From Eledone cirrhosa (lineage: Eukaryota), in the NCBI GenBank assembly GCA_964016885.1, contig OZ024740.1, positions 20,026,001-20,090,000 of the forward strand: a stretch of DNA of 64,000 bases, in the 5' to 3' direction. The notes beneath the pieces were generated by a model. It made no database searches, had not been told where the DNA came from, and saw nothing but the letters and a program-made list of their open reading frames with translations. The translations under genes were made by a program, and so were the position numbers. Position 1 is the first letter of the stretch. Each line of letters opens with the position of its first letter. This document shows positions 30,001 through 45,000 of the stretch, piece after piece.

Positions 30001-33000
30001 TCGACAGCTAACAACTTATGCAGTGTCCTCTCGACAGCTAACAACTGATGCAGTGTCCTCTCGACAGCTAACAACTGATGCAGTGTCCTCTCGACAGCTA
30101 ACAACTGATGCAGTGTCCTCTCGACAGCTAACAACTGATGCAGTGTCTCGACAGCTAACAACTGATGCATTGTCCTCTCGACAGCTAACAACTGATGCAG
30201 TGTCCTCTCGACAGCTAACAACTGATGCAGTGTCCTCTCGACAGCTAACAACTGATGAAGTGACTCGACAGCTAACAACTGATGCAGTGTCCTTCCGACA
30301 GCTAACAACTGATGCAGTGTCCTCTCGACAGCTAACAACTGATGCAGTGTCCTCTCGACATCTAACAACTGATACAGTGTCCTCTCGACAGCTAACAACT
30401 GATGAAGTGTCTCGACAGCTAACAACTGATGCAGTGTCCTCTCGACAGCTAACAACTGATGCAGTGTCCTCTCGACAGCTAACAACTGGTGCAGTGTCCT
30501 CTCGACAGCTAACAACTGATGCAGTGTCCCGACAGCTAACAACTGATGCAGTGTCCTCTCGACAGCTAACAACTGAATCAGTGTCCTCTCGACAGCTAAC
30601 AACTGATGCAGTGTCCCGACAGCTAACAACTGATGCAGTGTCCTCTCGACAGCTAACAACTGATGCAGTGTCCCGACAGCTAACAACTGATGCAGTGTCC
30701 TCTCGACAGCTAACAACTGATGCAGTGTCTCGACATCTAACAACTGATGCAGTGTCCTCTTGACAGCTAACAACTGATGAAGTGTCCTCTCGACAGCTAA
30801 CAACTGATGCAGTGTCCTCTCGACAGCTAACAACTGATGCAGTGTCTCGACATCTAACAACTGATGCAGTGTCCTCTCGACAGCTAACAACTGATGAAGT
30901 GTCCTCTCGACAGCTAACAACTGATGCAGTGTCCTCTCGACATCTAACAACTGATGCAGTGTCCCGACAGCTAACAACTGATGCAGTGTCCTCTCGACAG
31001 CTAACAACTGATGAAGTGTCTCGACAGCTAACAACTGATGCTGTGTCCCGACAGCTAACAACTGATGCAGTGTCCTCTCGACAGCTAACAACTGATGCAG
31101 TGTCCCGACAGCTAACAACTGATGCAGTGTCCTCTCGACAGCTAACAACTGATGCAGTGTCCCGACAGCTAACAACTGATGAAGTGTCCTCTCGACAGCT
31201 AACAACTGATGAAGTGATTCGACAGCTAACAACTGATGCAGTGTCCTCTCGACAGCTAACAACTGATGAAGTGTCCTCTCGACAGCTAACAACTGATGCA
31301 GTGTCCTCTCGACAGCTAACAACTGATGCAGTGTCCTCTCGACAGCTAACAACTGATGCAGTGTCCTCTCGACAGCTAACAACTGATGAAGTGTCCCGAC
31401 AGCTAACAACTGATGCAGTGTCCTCTCGACAGCTGACAACTGATGAAGTGTCCTCTCGACAGCTAACAACTGATGCAGTGTCCTCTCGACAGCTAACAAC
31501 TGATGAAGTGTCCTCTCGACAGCTAACAACTGATGAAGTGTCTCGACATCTAACAACTGATGCAGTGTCCTCTCGACAGCTAACAACTGATGCAGTGTCC
31601 TCTCGACAGCTAACAACTGATGAAGTGTCTCGACAGCTAACAACTGATGCAGTGTCCTCTCGACAGCTAACAACTGATGAAGTGTCCTCTCGACAGCTAA
31701 CAACTGATGCAGTGTCCTCTCGACAGCTAACAACTGATGCAGTATCCTCTCGACAGCTAACAACTGATGCAGTGTCCTCTCGACAGCTAACAACTGATTA
31801 AGTGTCCTCTCGACAGCTAACAACTGATGCAGTGTCCTCTCGACAGCTAACAACTGATGAAGTGTCCTCTCGACAGCTAACAACTGATGCAGTGTCCTCT
31901 CGACAGCTAACAACTGATGCAGTGTCCTCTCGACAGCTAACAACTGATGCAGTGTCCTCTCGACAGCTAACAACTGATGAAGTGTCCCGACAGCTAACAA
32001 CTGATGCAGTGTCCTCTCGACAGCTAACAACTGATGAAGTGTCCTCTCGACAGCTAACAACTGATGCAGTGTCCTCTCGACAGCTAATAACTGATGAAGT
32101 GTCCTCTCGACAGCTAACAACTGATGAAGTGTCTCGACATCTAACAACTGATGCAGTGTCCTCTCGACAGCTAACAACTGATGCAGTGTCCTCTCGACAG
32201 CTAACAACTGATGAAGTGTCTCGACAGCTAACAACTGATGCAGTGTCCTCTCGACAGCTAACAACTGATGAAGTGTCCTCTCGACAGCTAACAACTGATG
32301 CAGTGTCCTCTCGACAGCTAACAACTGATGCAGTGTCCTCTCGACAGCTAACAACTGATGCAGTGTCCTCTCGACAGCTAACAACTGATGCAGTGTCCTC
32401 TCGACAGCTAACAACTGATGAAGTGTCTCGACAGCTAACAACTGATGAAGTGTCCTCTCGACAGCTAACAACTGATGCAGTGTCCTCTCGACAGCTAACA
32501 ACTGATGAAGTGTCCTCTCGACAGCTAACAACTGATGAAGTGTCTCGACATCTAACAACTGATGCAGTGTCCTCTCGACAGCTAACAACTGATGCAGTGT
32601 CCTCTCGACAGCTAACAACTGATGAAGTGTCTCGACAGCTAACAACTGATGCAGTGTCCTCTCGACAGCTAACAACTGATGAAGTGTCCTCTCGACAGCT
32701 AACAACTGATGCAGTGTCCTCTCGACAGCTAACAACTGATGAAGTGTCCCCTCGACAGCTAACAACTGATGAAGTGTCTCGACATCTAACAACTGATGCA
32801 GTGTCCTCTCGACAGCTAACAACTGATGCAGTGTCCTCTCGACAGCTAACAACTGATGAAGTGTCTCGACATCTAACAACTGATGCAGTGTCCTCTCGAC
32901 AGCTAACAACTGATGCAGTGTCCTCTCGACAGCTAACAACTGATGAAGTGTCTCGACAGCTAACAACTGATGCAGTGTCCTCTCGACAGCTAACAACTGA

Positions 33001-36000
33001 TGAAGTGTCCTCTCGACAGCTAACAACTGATGCAGTGTCCTCTCGACAGCTAACAACTGATGCAGTGTCCTCTCGACAGCTAACAACTGATGCAGTGTCC
33101 TCTCGACAGCTAACAACTGATGAAGTGTCCTCTCGACAGCTAACAACTGATGCAGTGTCCTCTCGACAGCTAACAACTGATGCAGTGTCCTCTCGACAGC
33201 TAACAACTGATGCAGTGTCCTCTCGACAGCTAACAACTGATGAAGTGTCTCGACAGCTAACAACTGATGCAGTGTCCTCTCGACAGCTAACAACTGATGA
33301 AGTGTCCTCTCGACAGCTAACAACTGATGCAGTGTCCTCTCGACAGCTAACAACTGATGAAGTGTCCTCTCGACAGCTAACAACTGATGAAGTGTCTCGA
33401 CATCTAACAACTGATGCGGTGTCCTCTCGACAGCTAACAACTGATGCAGTGTCCTCTCGACAGCTAACAACTGATGCAGTGTCCTCTCGACAGCTAACAA
33501 CTGATGCAGTGTCCTCTCGACAGCTAACAACTGATGCAGTGTCTCGACAGCTAACAACTGATGCAGTGTCCTCTCGACAGCTAACAACTGATGCAGTGTC
33601 CTCTCGACAGCTAACAACTGATGCAGTGTCCTCTCGACAGCTAACAACTGATGCAGTGTCCTCTCGACAGCTAATAACTGATGCAGTGTCTCGACAGCTA
33701 ACAACTGATGCAGTGTCCTCTCGACAGCTAACAACTGATGCAGTATCCTCTCGACAGCTAACAACTGATGCAGTGTCCTCTCGACAGCTAACAACTGATG
33801 AAGTGACTCGACAGCTAACAACTGATGCAGTGTCCTTCCGACAGCTAACAACTGATGCAGTGTCCTCTCGACAGCTAACAACTGATGCAGTGTCCTCTCG
33901 ACATCTAACAACTGATGCAGTGTCCTCTCGACAGCTAACAACTGATGAAGTGTCTCGACAGCTAACAACTGATGCAGTGTCCTCTCGACAGCTAACAACT
34001 GATGCAGTGTCCTCTCGACAGCTAACAACTGATGCAGTGTCCTCTCGACAGCTAACAACTGATGCAGTGTCCCGACAGCTAACAACTGATGCAGTGTCCC
34101 GACAACTAACAACTGATGCAGTGTCCTCTCGACAGTTAACAACTGATGCAGTGTCCTCTCGACAGCTAACAACTGATGCAGTGTCCCGACAGCTAACAAC
34201 TGATGCAGTGTCCTCTCGACAGATAACAACTGATGCAGTGTCCCGACAGCTAACAACTCATGCAGTGTCCTCTCGACAGCTAACAACTGATGCAGTGTCT
34301 CGACATCTAACAACTGATGCAGTGTCCTCTCGACAGCTAACAACTGATGAAGTGTCCTCTCGACAGCTAACAAATGATGAAGTGTCTCGACAGCTAACAA
34401 CTGATGCAGTGTCCTCTCGACAGCTAACAACTGATGCAGTGTCCCGACAGCTAACAACTGATGCAGTGTTCTCTCGACAGCTAACAACTGATGAAGTGTC
34501 CTCTCGACAGCTAACAACTGATGCAGTGTCCCGACAGCTAACAACTGATGCAGTGTCCTCTCGACAGCTAACAACTGATGCAGTGTCCTCTCGACAGCTA
34601 ACAACTGAAGAAGTGTCCTCTCGACAGCTAACAACTGATGAAGTGTCCTCTCGACAGCTAACAACTGATGCAGTGTCCTCTCGACAGCTAACAACTGATG
34701 AAGTGTCCTCTCGACAGCTAACAACTGATGCAGTGTCTCGACAGCTAACAACTGATGCAGTGTCCTCTCGACAGCTAACAACTGATGCAGTGTCCTCTCG
34801 ACAGCTAACAACTGATGCAGTGTCCTCTCGACAGCTAACAACTGATGCAGTGTCCTCTCGACAGCTAACAACTGATGCAGTGTCTCGACAGCTAACAACT
34901 GATGCAGTGTCCTCTCGACAGCTAACAACTGATGCAGTGTCCTCTCGACAGCTAACAACTGATGCAGTGTCCTCTCGACAGCTAACAACTGATGCAGTGT
35001 CCTCTCGACAGCTAACAACTGATGAAGTGACTCGACAGCTAACAACTGATGCAGTGTCCTTCCGACAGCTAACAACTGATGCAGTGTCCTCTCGACAGCT
35101 AACAACTGATGCAGTGTCCTCTCGACATCTAACAACTGATGCAGTGTCCTCTCGACAGCTAACAACTGATGAAGTGTCTCGACAGCTAACAACTGATGCA
35201 GTGTCCTCTCGACAGCTAACAACTGATGGAGTGTCCTCTCGACAGCTAACAACTGATGCAGTGTCCTCTCGACAGCTAACAACTGATGCAGTGTCCCGAC
35301 AGCTAACAACTGATGCAGTGTCCCGACAGCTAACAACTGATGCAGTGTCCTCTCGACAGCTAACAACTGATGCAGTGTCCTCTCGACAGCTAACAACTGA
35401 TGCAGTGTCCCCGACAGCTAACAACTGATGCAGTGTCCTCTCGACAGCTAACAACTGATGCAGTGTCCCGACAGCTAACAACTGATGCAGTGTCCTCTCG
35501 ACAGCTAACAACTGATGCAGTGTCTCGACATCTAACAACTGATGCAGTGTCCTCTCGACAGCTAACAACTGATGCAGTGTCCTCTCGACAGCTAACAACT
35601 GATGCAGTGTCTCGACATCTAACAACTGATGCAGTGTCCTCTCGACAGCTAACAACTGATGAAGTGTCCTCTCGACAGCTAACAACTGATGCAGTGTCCT
35701 CTCGACATCTAACAACTGATGCAGTGTCCCGACAGCTAACAACTGATGCAGTGTCCTCTCGACAGCTAACAACTGATGCAGTGTCCCGACAGCTAACAAC
35801 TGATGAAGTGTCCTCTCGACAGCTAACAACTGATGAAGTGTCTCGACAGCTAACAACTGATGCAGTGTCCCGACAGCTAACAACTGATGCAGTGTCCTCT
35901 CGACAGCTAACAACTGATGCAGTGTCCAGACAGCTAACAACTGATGCAGTGTCCTCTCGACAGCTAACAACTTATGCAGTGTCCCGACAGCTAACAACTG

Positions 36001-39000
36001 ATGAAGTGTCCTCTCGACAGCTAACAACTGATGAAGTGATTCGACAGCTAACAACTGATGCAGTGTCCTCTCGACAGCTAACAACTGATGAAGTGTCCTC
36101 TCGACAGCTAACAACTGATGAAGTGTCCTCTCGACAGCTAACATCTGATGCAGTGTCCTCTCGACAGCTAACAACTGATGCAGTGTCCTCTCGACAGCTA
36201 ACAACTGATGCAGTGTCCTCTCGACAGCTAACAACTGATGCAGTGTCCTCTCGACAGCTAACAACTGATGAAGTGTCCTCTCGACAGCTAACAACTGATG
36301 AAGTGTCTCGACAGCTAACAACTGATGCAGTGTCCTCTCGACAGCTAACAACTGATGCAGTGTCTCGACAGCTAACAACTTATGCAGTGTCCTCTCGACA
36401 GCTAACAACTGATGCAGTGTCCTCTCGACAGCTAACAACTGATGCAGTGTCCTCTCGACAGCTAACAACTGATGCAGTGTCCTCTCGACAGCTAACAACT
36501 GATGCAGTGTCTCGACAGCTAACAACTGATGCATTGTCCTCTCGACTGCTAACAACTGATGCAGTGTCCTCTCGACAGCTAACAACTGATGCAGTGTCCT
36601 CTCGACAGCTAACAACTGATGAAGTGACTCGACAGCTAACAACTGATGCAGTGTCCTTCCGACAGCTAACAACTGATGCAGTGTCCTCTCGACAGCTAAC
36701 AACTGATGCAGTGTCCTCTCGACATCTAACAACTGATACAGTGTCCTCTCGACAGCTAACAACTGATGAAGTGTCTCGACAGCTAACAACTGATGCAGTG
36801 TCCTCTCGACAGCTAACAACTGATGCAGTGTCCTCTCGACAGCTAACAACTGGTGCAGTGTCCTCTCGACAGCTAACAACTGATGCAGTGTCCCGACAGC
36901 TAACAACTGATGCAGTGTCCTCTCGACAGCTAACAACTGAATCAGTGTCCTCTCGACAGCTAACAACTGATGCAGTGTCCCGACAGCTAACAACTGATGC
37001 AGTGTCCTCTCGACAGCTAACAACTGATGCAGTGTCTCGACATCTAACAACTGATGCAGTGTCCTCTCGACAGCTAACAACTGATGAAGTGTCCTCTCGA
37101 CAGCTAACAACTGATGCAGTGTCCTCTTGACAGCTAACAACTGATGCAGTGTCTCGACATCTAACAACTGATGCAGTGTCCTCTCGACAGCTAACAACTG
37201 ATGAAGTGTCCTCTCGACAGCTAACAACTGATGCAGTGTCCTCTCGACATCTAACAACTGATGCAGTGTCCCGACAGCTAACAACTGATGCAGTGTCCTC
37301 TCGACAGCTAACAACTGATACAGTGTCCCGAAAGTTAACAACTGATGAAGTGTCCTCTCGACAGCTAACAACTGATGAAGTGTCTCGACAGCTAACAACT
37401 GATGCTGTGTCCCGACAGCTAACAACTGATGCAGTGTCCTCTCGACAGCTAACAACTGATGCAGTGTCCCGACAGCTAACAACTGATGCAGTGTCCTCTC
37501 GACAGCTAACAACTGATGCAGTGTCCCGACAGCTAACAACTGATGAAGTGTCCTCTCGACAGCTAACAACTGATGAAGTGATTCGACAGCTAACAACTGA
37601 TGCAGTGTCCTCTCGACAGCTAACAACTGATGAAGTGTCCTCTCGACAGCTAACAACTGATGCAGTGTCCTCTCGACAGCTAACAACTGATGCAGTGTCC
37701 TCTCGACAGCTAACAACTGATGCAGTGTCCTCTCGACAGCTAACAACTGATGAAGTGTCCCGACAGCTAACAACTGATGCAGTGTCCTCTCGACAGCTAA
37801 CAACTGATGAAGTGTCCTCTCGACAGCTAACAACTGATGCAGTGTCCTCTCGACAGCTAACAACTGATGAAGTGTCCTCTCGACAGCTAACAACTGATGA
37901 AGTGTCTCGACATCTAACAACTGATGCAGTGTCTCGACAGCTAACAACTTATGCAGTGTTTTCTCGACAGCTAACAACTGATGAAGTGTCTCGACAGCTA
38001 ACAACTGATGCAGTGTCCTCTCGACAGCTAACAACTGATGAAGTGTCCTCTCGACAGCTAACAACTGATGCAGTGTCCTCTCGACAGCTAACAACTGATG
38101 CAGTGTCCTCTCGACAGCTAACAACTGATGCAGTGTCCTCTCGACAGCTAACAACTGATGAAGTGTCCTCTCGACAGCTAACAACTGATGCAGTGTCCTC
38201 TCGACAGCTAACAACTGATGAAGTGTCCTCTCGACAGCTAACAACTGATGCAGTGTCCTCTCGACAGCTAACAACTGATGCAGTGTCCTCTCGACAGCTA
38301 ACAACTGATGCAGTTTCCTCTCGACAGCTAACAACTGATGAAGTGTCCCGACAGCTAACAACTGATGCAGTGTCCTCTCGACAGCTAACAACTGATGAAG
38401 TGTCCTCTCGACAGCTAACAACTGATGCAGTGTCCTCTCGACAGCTAACAACTGATGAAGTGTCCTCTCGACAGCTAACAACTGATGAAGTGTCTCGACA
38501 TCTAACAACTGATGCAGTGTCCTCTCGACAGCTAACAACTGATGCAGTGTCCTCTCGACAGCTAACAACTGATGAAGTGTCTCGACAGCTAACAACTGAT
38601 GCAGTGTCCTCTCGACAGCTAACAACTGATGAAGTGTCCTCTCGACAGCTAACAACTGATGCAGTGTCCTCTCGACAGCTAACAACTGATGCAGTGTCCT
38701 CTCGACAGCTAACAACTGATGCAGTGTCCTCTCGACAGCTAACAACTGATGCAGTGTCCTCTCGACAGCTAGCAACTGATGAAGTGTCTCGACAGCTAAC
38801 AACTGATGAAGTGTCCTCTCGACAGCTAACAACTGATGCAGTGTCCTCTCGACAGCTAACAACTGATGAAGTGTCCTCTCGACAGCTAACAACTGATGAA
38901 GTGTCTCGACATCTAACAACTGATGCAGTGTCCTCTCGACAGCTAACAACTGATGCAGTGTCCTCTCGACAGCTAACAACTGATGAAGTGTCTCGACAGC

Positions 39001-42000
39001 TAACAACTGATGCAGTGTCCTCTCGACAGCTAACAACTGATGAAGTGTCCTCTCGACAGCTAACAACTGATGCAGTGTCCTCTCGACAGCTAACAACTGA
39101 TGAAGTGTCCCCTCGACAGCTAACAACTGATGAAGTGTCTCGACATCTAACAACTGATGCAGTGTCCTCTCGACAGCTAACAACTGATGCAGTGTCCTCT
39201 CGGCAGCTAACAACTGATGAAGTGTCTCGACATCTAACAACTGATGCAGTGTCCTCTCGACACCTAACAACTGATGCAGTGTCCTCTCGACAGCTAACAA
39301 CTGATGAAGTGTCTCGACAGCTAACAACTGATGCAGTGTCCTCTCGACAGCTAACAACTGATGAAGTGTCCTCTCGACAGCTAACAACTGATGCAGTGTC
39401 CTCTCGACAGCTAACAACTGATGCAGTGTCCTCTCGACAGCTAACAACTGATGCAGTGTCCTCTCGACAGCTAACAACTGATGAAGTGTCCTCTCGACAG
39501 CTAACAACTGATGCAGTGTCCTCTCGACAGCTAACAACTGATGCAGTGTCCTCTCGACAGCTAACAACTGATGCAGTGTCCTCTCGACAGCTAACAACTG
39601 ATGAAGTGTCTCGACAGCTAACAACTGATGCAGTGTCCTCTCGACAGCTAACAACTGATGAAGTGTCCTCTCGACAGCTAACAACTGATGCAGTGTCCTC
39701 TCGACAGCTAACAACTGATGAAGTGTCCTCTCGACAGCTAACAACTGATGAAGTGTCTCGACATCTAACAACTGATGCAGTGTCCTCTCGACAGCTAACA
39801 ACTGATGCAGTGTCCTCTCGACAGCTAACAACTGATGAAGTGTCTCGACAGCTAACAACTGATGCAGTGTCCTCTCGACAGCTAACAACTGATGAAGTGT
39901 CCTCTCGACAGCTAACAACTGATGAAGTGTCCTCTCGACAGCTAACAACTGATGAAGTGTCCCCTCGACAGCTAACAACTGATGAAGTGTCTCGACATCT
40001 AACAACTGATGCAGTGTCCTCTCGACAGCTAACAACTGATGCAGTGTCCTCTCGACAGCTAACAACTGATGAAGTGTCTCGACATCTAACAACTGATGCA
40101 GTGTCCTCTCGACAGCTAACAATTGATGCAGTGTCCCGACAGCTAACAACTGATGCAGTGTCTCGACAGCTAAACAACTGATGCAGTGTCTCGACAGCTA
40201 AACAACTGATGCAGTGTCCTCTCGACAGCTAACAACTGATGCAGTGTCCTCTCGACAGCTAACAACTGATGCAGTGTCCCGACAGCTAACAACTGATGCA
40301 GTGTCTCGACAGCTAAACAACTGATGCAGTGTCTCGACAGCTAAACAACTGATGAAGTGTCCTCTCGACAGCTAACAACTGATGCAGTGTCCACGCAGGT
40401 AACAACTGATGCAGTGTCCTCTCGACAGCTAACAACTGATGCAGTGTCCTCTCGACAGCTAACAACTGATGCAGTGTCCTCTCGACAGCTAACAACTGAT
40501 GCAGTGTCCCGACAGCTAACAACTGATGCAGTGTCCTCTCGACAGCTAACAACTGATGTAGTGTCCTCTCGACAGCTAACAACTGATGCAGTGTCTCGAC
40601 AGCTAACAACTGATGCAGTGTCCTCCCGTCAGCTAACAACTGATGCAGTGTCCTCTCGACAGCTAACAACTGATGAAGTGTCCTCTCGACAGCTAACAAC
40701 TGATGCAGTGTCCTCTCGACATCTAACAACTGATGCAGTGTCCTCTCGACAGCTAACAACTGATGAAGTGTCTCGACAGCTAACAACTGATGCAGTGTCC
40801 TCTCGACAGCTAACAACTGATGCAGTGTCCTCTCGACAGCTAACAACTGATGCAGTGTCCTCTCGACAGCTAACAACTGATGCAGTGTCCTCTCGACAGC
40901 TAACAACTGATGAAGTGTCTCGACAGCTAACAACTGATGCAGTGTCCTCTCGACAGCTAACAACTGATGCAGTGTCCTCTCGACAGCTAACAACTGATGC
41001 AGTGTCCTCTCGACAGCTAACAACTGATGCAGTGTCCCGACAGCTAACAACTGATGCAGTGTCCTCTCGACAGCTAACAACTGATGCAGTGTCCTCTCGA
41101 CAGCTAACAACTGATGCAGTGTCCTCTCGACAGCTAACAACTGATGCAGTGTCCTCCCGACAGCTAACAACTGATGAAGTGTCTCGACAGCTAACAACTG
41201 ATGCAGTGTCCTCTCGACAGCTAACAACTGATGCAGTGTCCTCTCGACAGCTAACAACTGATGAAGTGTCCTCTCGACAGCTAACAACTGATGCAGTGTC
41301 CTCTCGACAGCTAACAACTGATGAAGTGTCCTCTCGACAGCTAACAACTGATGCAGTGTCCTCTCGACAGCTAACAACTGATGCAGTGTCCTCTCGACAG
41401 CTAACAACTGATGAAGTGTCCCGACAGCTAACAACTGATGCAGTGTCCTCTCGACAGCTAACAACTGATGAAGTGTCCTCTCGACAGCTAACAACTGATG
41501 CAGTGTCCTCTCGACAGCTAACAACTGATGAAGTGTCCTCTCGACAGCTAACAACTGATGAAGTGTCTCGACATCTAACAACTGATGCAGTGTCCTCTCG
41601 ACAGCTAACAACTGATGCAGTGTCCTCTCGACAGCTAACAACTGATGAAGTGTCTCGACAGCCAACAACTGATGCAGTGTCCTCTCGACAGCTAACAACT
41701 GATGAAGTGTCCTCTCGACAGCTAACAACTGATGCAGTGTCCTCTCGACAGCTAACAACTGATGCAGTGTCCTCTCGACAGCTAACAACTGATGCAGTGT
41801 CCTCTCGACAGCTAACAACTGATGCAGTGTCCTCTCGACAGCTAACAACTGATGAAGTGTCTCGACAGCTAACAACTGATGAAGTGTCCTCTCGACAGCT
41901 AACAACTGATGCAGTGTCCTCTCGACAGCTAACAACTGATGAAGTGTCCTCTCGACAGCTAACAACTGATGAAGTGTCTCGACATCTAACAACTGATGCA

Positions 42001-45000
42001 GTGTCCTCTCGACAGCTAACAACTGATGCAGTGTCCTCTCGACAGCTAACAACTGATGAAGTGTCTCGACAGCTAACAACTGATGCAGTGTCCTCTCGAC
42101 AGCTAACAACTGATGAAGTGTCCTCTCGACAGCTAACAACTGATGCAGTGTCCTCTCGACAGCTAACAACTGATGAAGTGTCCCCTCGACAGCTAACAAC
42201 TGATGAAGTGTCTCGACATCTAACAACTGATGCAGTGTCCTCTCGACAGCTAACAACTGATGCAGTGTCCTCTCGACAGCTAACAACTGATGAAGTGTCT
42301 CGACAGCTAACAACTGATGCAGTGTCCTCTCGACAGCTAACAACTGATGCAGTGTCCTCTCGACAGCTAACAACTGATGAAGTGTCTCGACAGCTAACAA
42401 CTGATGCAGTGTCCTCTCGACAGCTAACAACTGATGAAGTGTCCTCTCGACAGCTAACAACTGATGCAGTGTCCTCTCGACAGCTAACAACTGATGCAGT
42501 GTCCTCTCGACAGCTAACAACTGATGCAGTGTCCTCTCGACAGCTAACAACTGATGAAGTGTCCTCTCGACAGCTAACAACTGATGCAGTGTCCTCTCGA
42601 CAGCTAACAACTGATGCAGTGTCCTCTCGACAGCTAACAACTGATGCAGTGTCCTCTCGACAGCTAACAACTGATGAAGTGTCTCGACAGCTAACAACTG
42701 ATGCAGTGTCCTCTCGACAGCTAACAACTGATGAAGTGTCCTCTCGACAGCTAACAACTGATGCAGTGTCCTCTCGACAGCTAACAACTGATGAAGTGTC
42801 CTCTCGACAGCTAACAACTGATGAAGTGTCTCGACATCTAACAACTGATGCAGTGTCCTCTCGACAGCTAACAACTGATGCAGTGTCCTCTCGACAGCTA
42901 ACAACTGATGAAGTGTCTCGACAGCTAACAACTGATGCAGTGTCCTCTCGACAGCAAACAACTGATGAAGTGTCCTCTCGACAGCTAACAACTGATGCAG
43001 TGTCCTCTCGACAGCTAACAACTGATGAAGTGTCCCCTCGACAGCTAACAACTGATGAAGTGTCTCGACATCTAACAACTGATGCAGTGTCCTCTCGACA
43101 GCTAACAACTGATGCAGTGTCCTCTCGACAGCTAACAACTGATGAAGTGTCTCGACATCTAACAACTGATGCAGTGTCCTCTCGACAGCTAACAATTGAT
43201 GCAGTGTCCCGACAGCTAACAGCTGATGCAGTGTCTCGACAGCTAAACAACTGATGCAGTGTCTCGACAGCTAAACAACTGATGCAGTGTCCTCTCGACA
43301 GCTAACAACTGATGCAGTGTCCTCTCGACAGCTAACAACTGATGCAGTGTCCCGACAGCTAACAACTGATGCAGTGTCTCGACAGCTAAACAACTGATGC
43401 AGTGTCTCGACAGCTAAACAACTGATGAAGTGTCCTCTCGACAGCTAACAACTGATGCAGTGTCCACGCAGGTAACAACTGATGCAGTGTCCTCTCGACA
43501 GCTAACAACTGATGCAGTGTCCTCTCGACAGCTAACAACTGATGCAGTGTCCTCTCGACAGCTAACAACTGATGCAGTGTCCCGACAGCTAACAACTGAT
43601 GCAGTGTCCTCTCGACAGCTAACAACTGATGCAGTGTCCTCTCGACAGCTAACAACTGATGCAGTGTCTCGACAGCTAACAACTGATGCAGTGTCCTCCC
43701 GTCAGCTAACAACTGATGCAGTGTCCTCTCGACAGCTAACAACTGATGAAGTGTCCTCTCGACAGCTAACAACTGATGCAGCGTCCTCTCGACATCTAAC
43801 AACTGATGCAGTGTCCTCTCGACAGCTAACAACTGATGAAGTGTCTCGACAGCTAACAACTGATGCAGTGTCCTCTCGACAGCTAACAACTGATGCAGTG
43901 TCCTCTCGACAGCTAACAACTGATGCAGTGTCCTCTCGACAGCTAACAACTGATGCAGTGTCCTCTCGACAGCTAACAACTGATGAAGTGTCTCGACAGC
44001 TAACAACTGATGCAGTGTCCTCTCGACAGCTAACAACTGATGCAGTGTCCTCTCGACAGCTAACAACTGATGCAGTGTCCTCTCGACAGCTAACAACTGA
44101 TGCAGTGTCCCGACAGCTAACAACTGATGCAGTGTCTCGACAGCTAACAACTGATGCAGTGTCCTCTCGACAGCTAACAACTGATGCAGTGTCTCGACAG
44201 CTAACAACTGATGCAGTGTCCCGACAGCTAACAACTGATGCAGTGTCCTCTCGACAGCTAACAACTGATGAAGTGTCCTGTCGACAGCTAACAACTGATG
44301 CAGTGTCCTCTCGACATCTTACAACTGATGCAGTGTCCTCTCGACAGCTAACAACTGATGAAGTGTCTCGACAGCTAACAAGTGATGCAGTGTCCTCTCG
44401 ACAGCTAACAACTGATGAAGTGTCCTCTCGACAGCTAACAACTGATGCAGTGTCCTCTCGACAGCTAACAACTGATGCAGTGTCCTCTCGACAGCTAACA
44501 ACTGATGCAGTGTCCTCTCGACAGCTAACAACTGATGAAGTGTCTCGACAGCTAACAACTTATGCAGTGTCCTCTCGACAGCTAACAACTGATGCAGTGT
44601 CCTCTCGACAGCTAACAACTGATGCAGTGTCCTCTCGACAGCTAACAAATGATGCAGTGTCCTCTCGACAGCTAACAACTGATGAAGTGTCCTCTCGACA
44701 GCTAACAACTGATGCAGTGTCCTCTCGACAGCTAACAACTGATGAAGTGTCCTCTCGACAGCTAACAACTGATGAAGTGTCTCGACATCTAACAACTGAT
44801 GCAGTGTCCTCTCGACAGCTAACAACTGATGCAGTGTCCTCTCGACAGCTAACAACTGATGAAGTGTCTCGACAGCTAACAACTGATGCAGTGTCCTCTC
44901 GACAGCTAACAACTGATGAAGTGTCCTCTCGACAGCTAACAACTGATGCAGTGTCCTCTCGACAGCTAACAACTGATGCAGTGTCCTCTCGACAGCTAAC

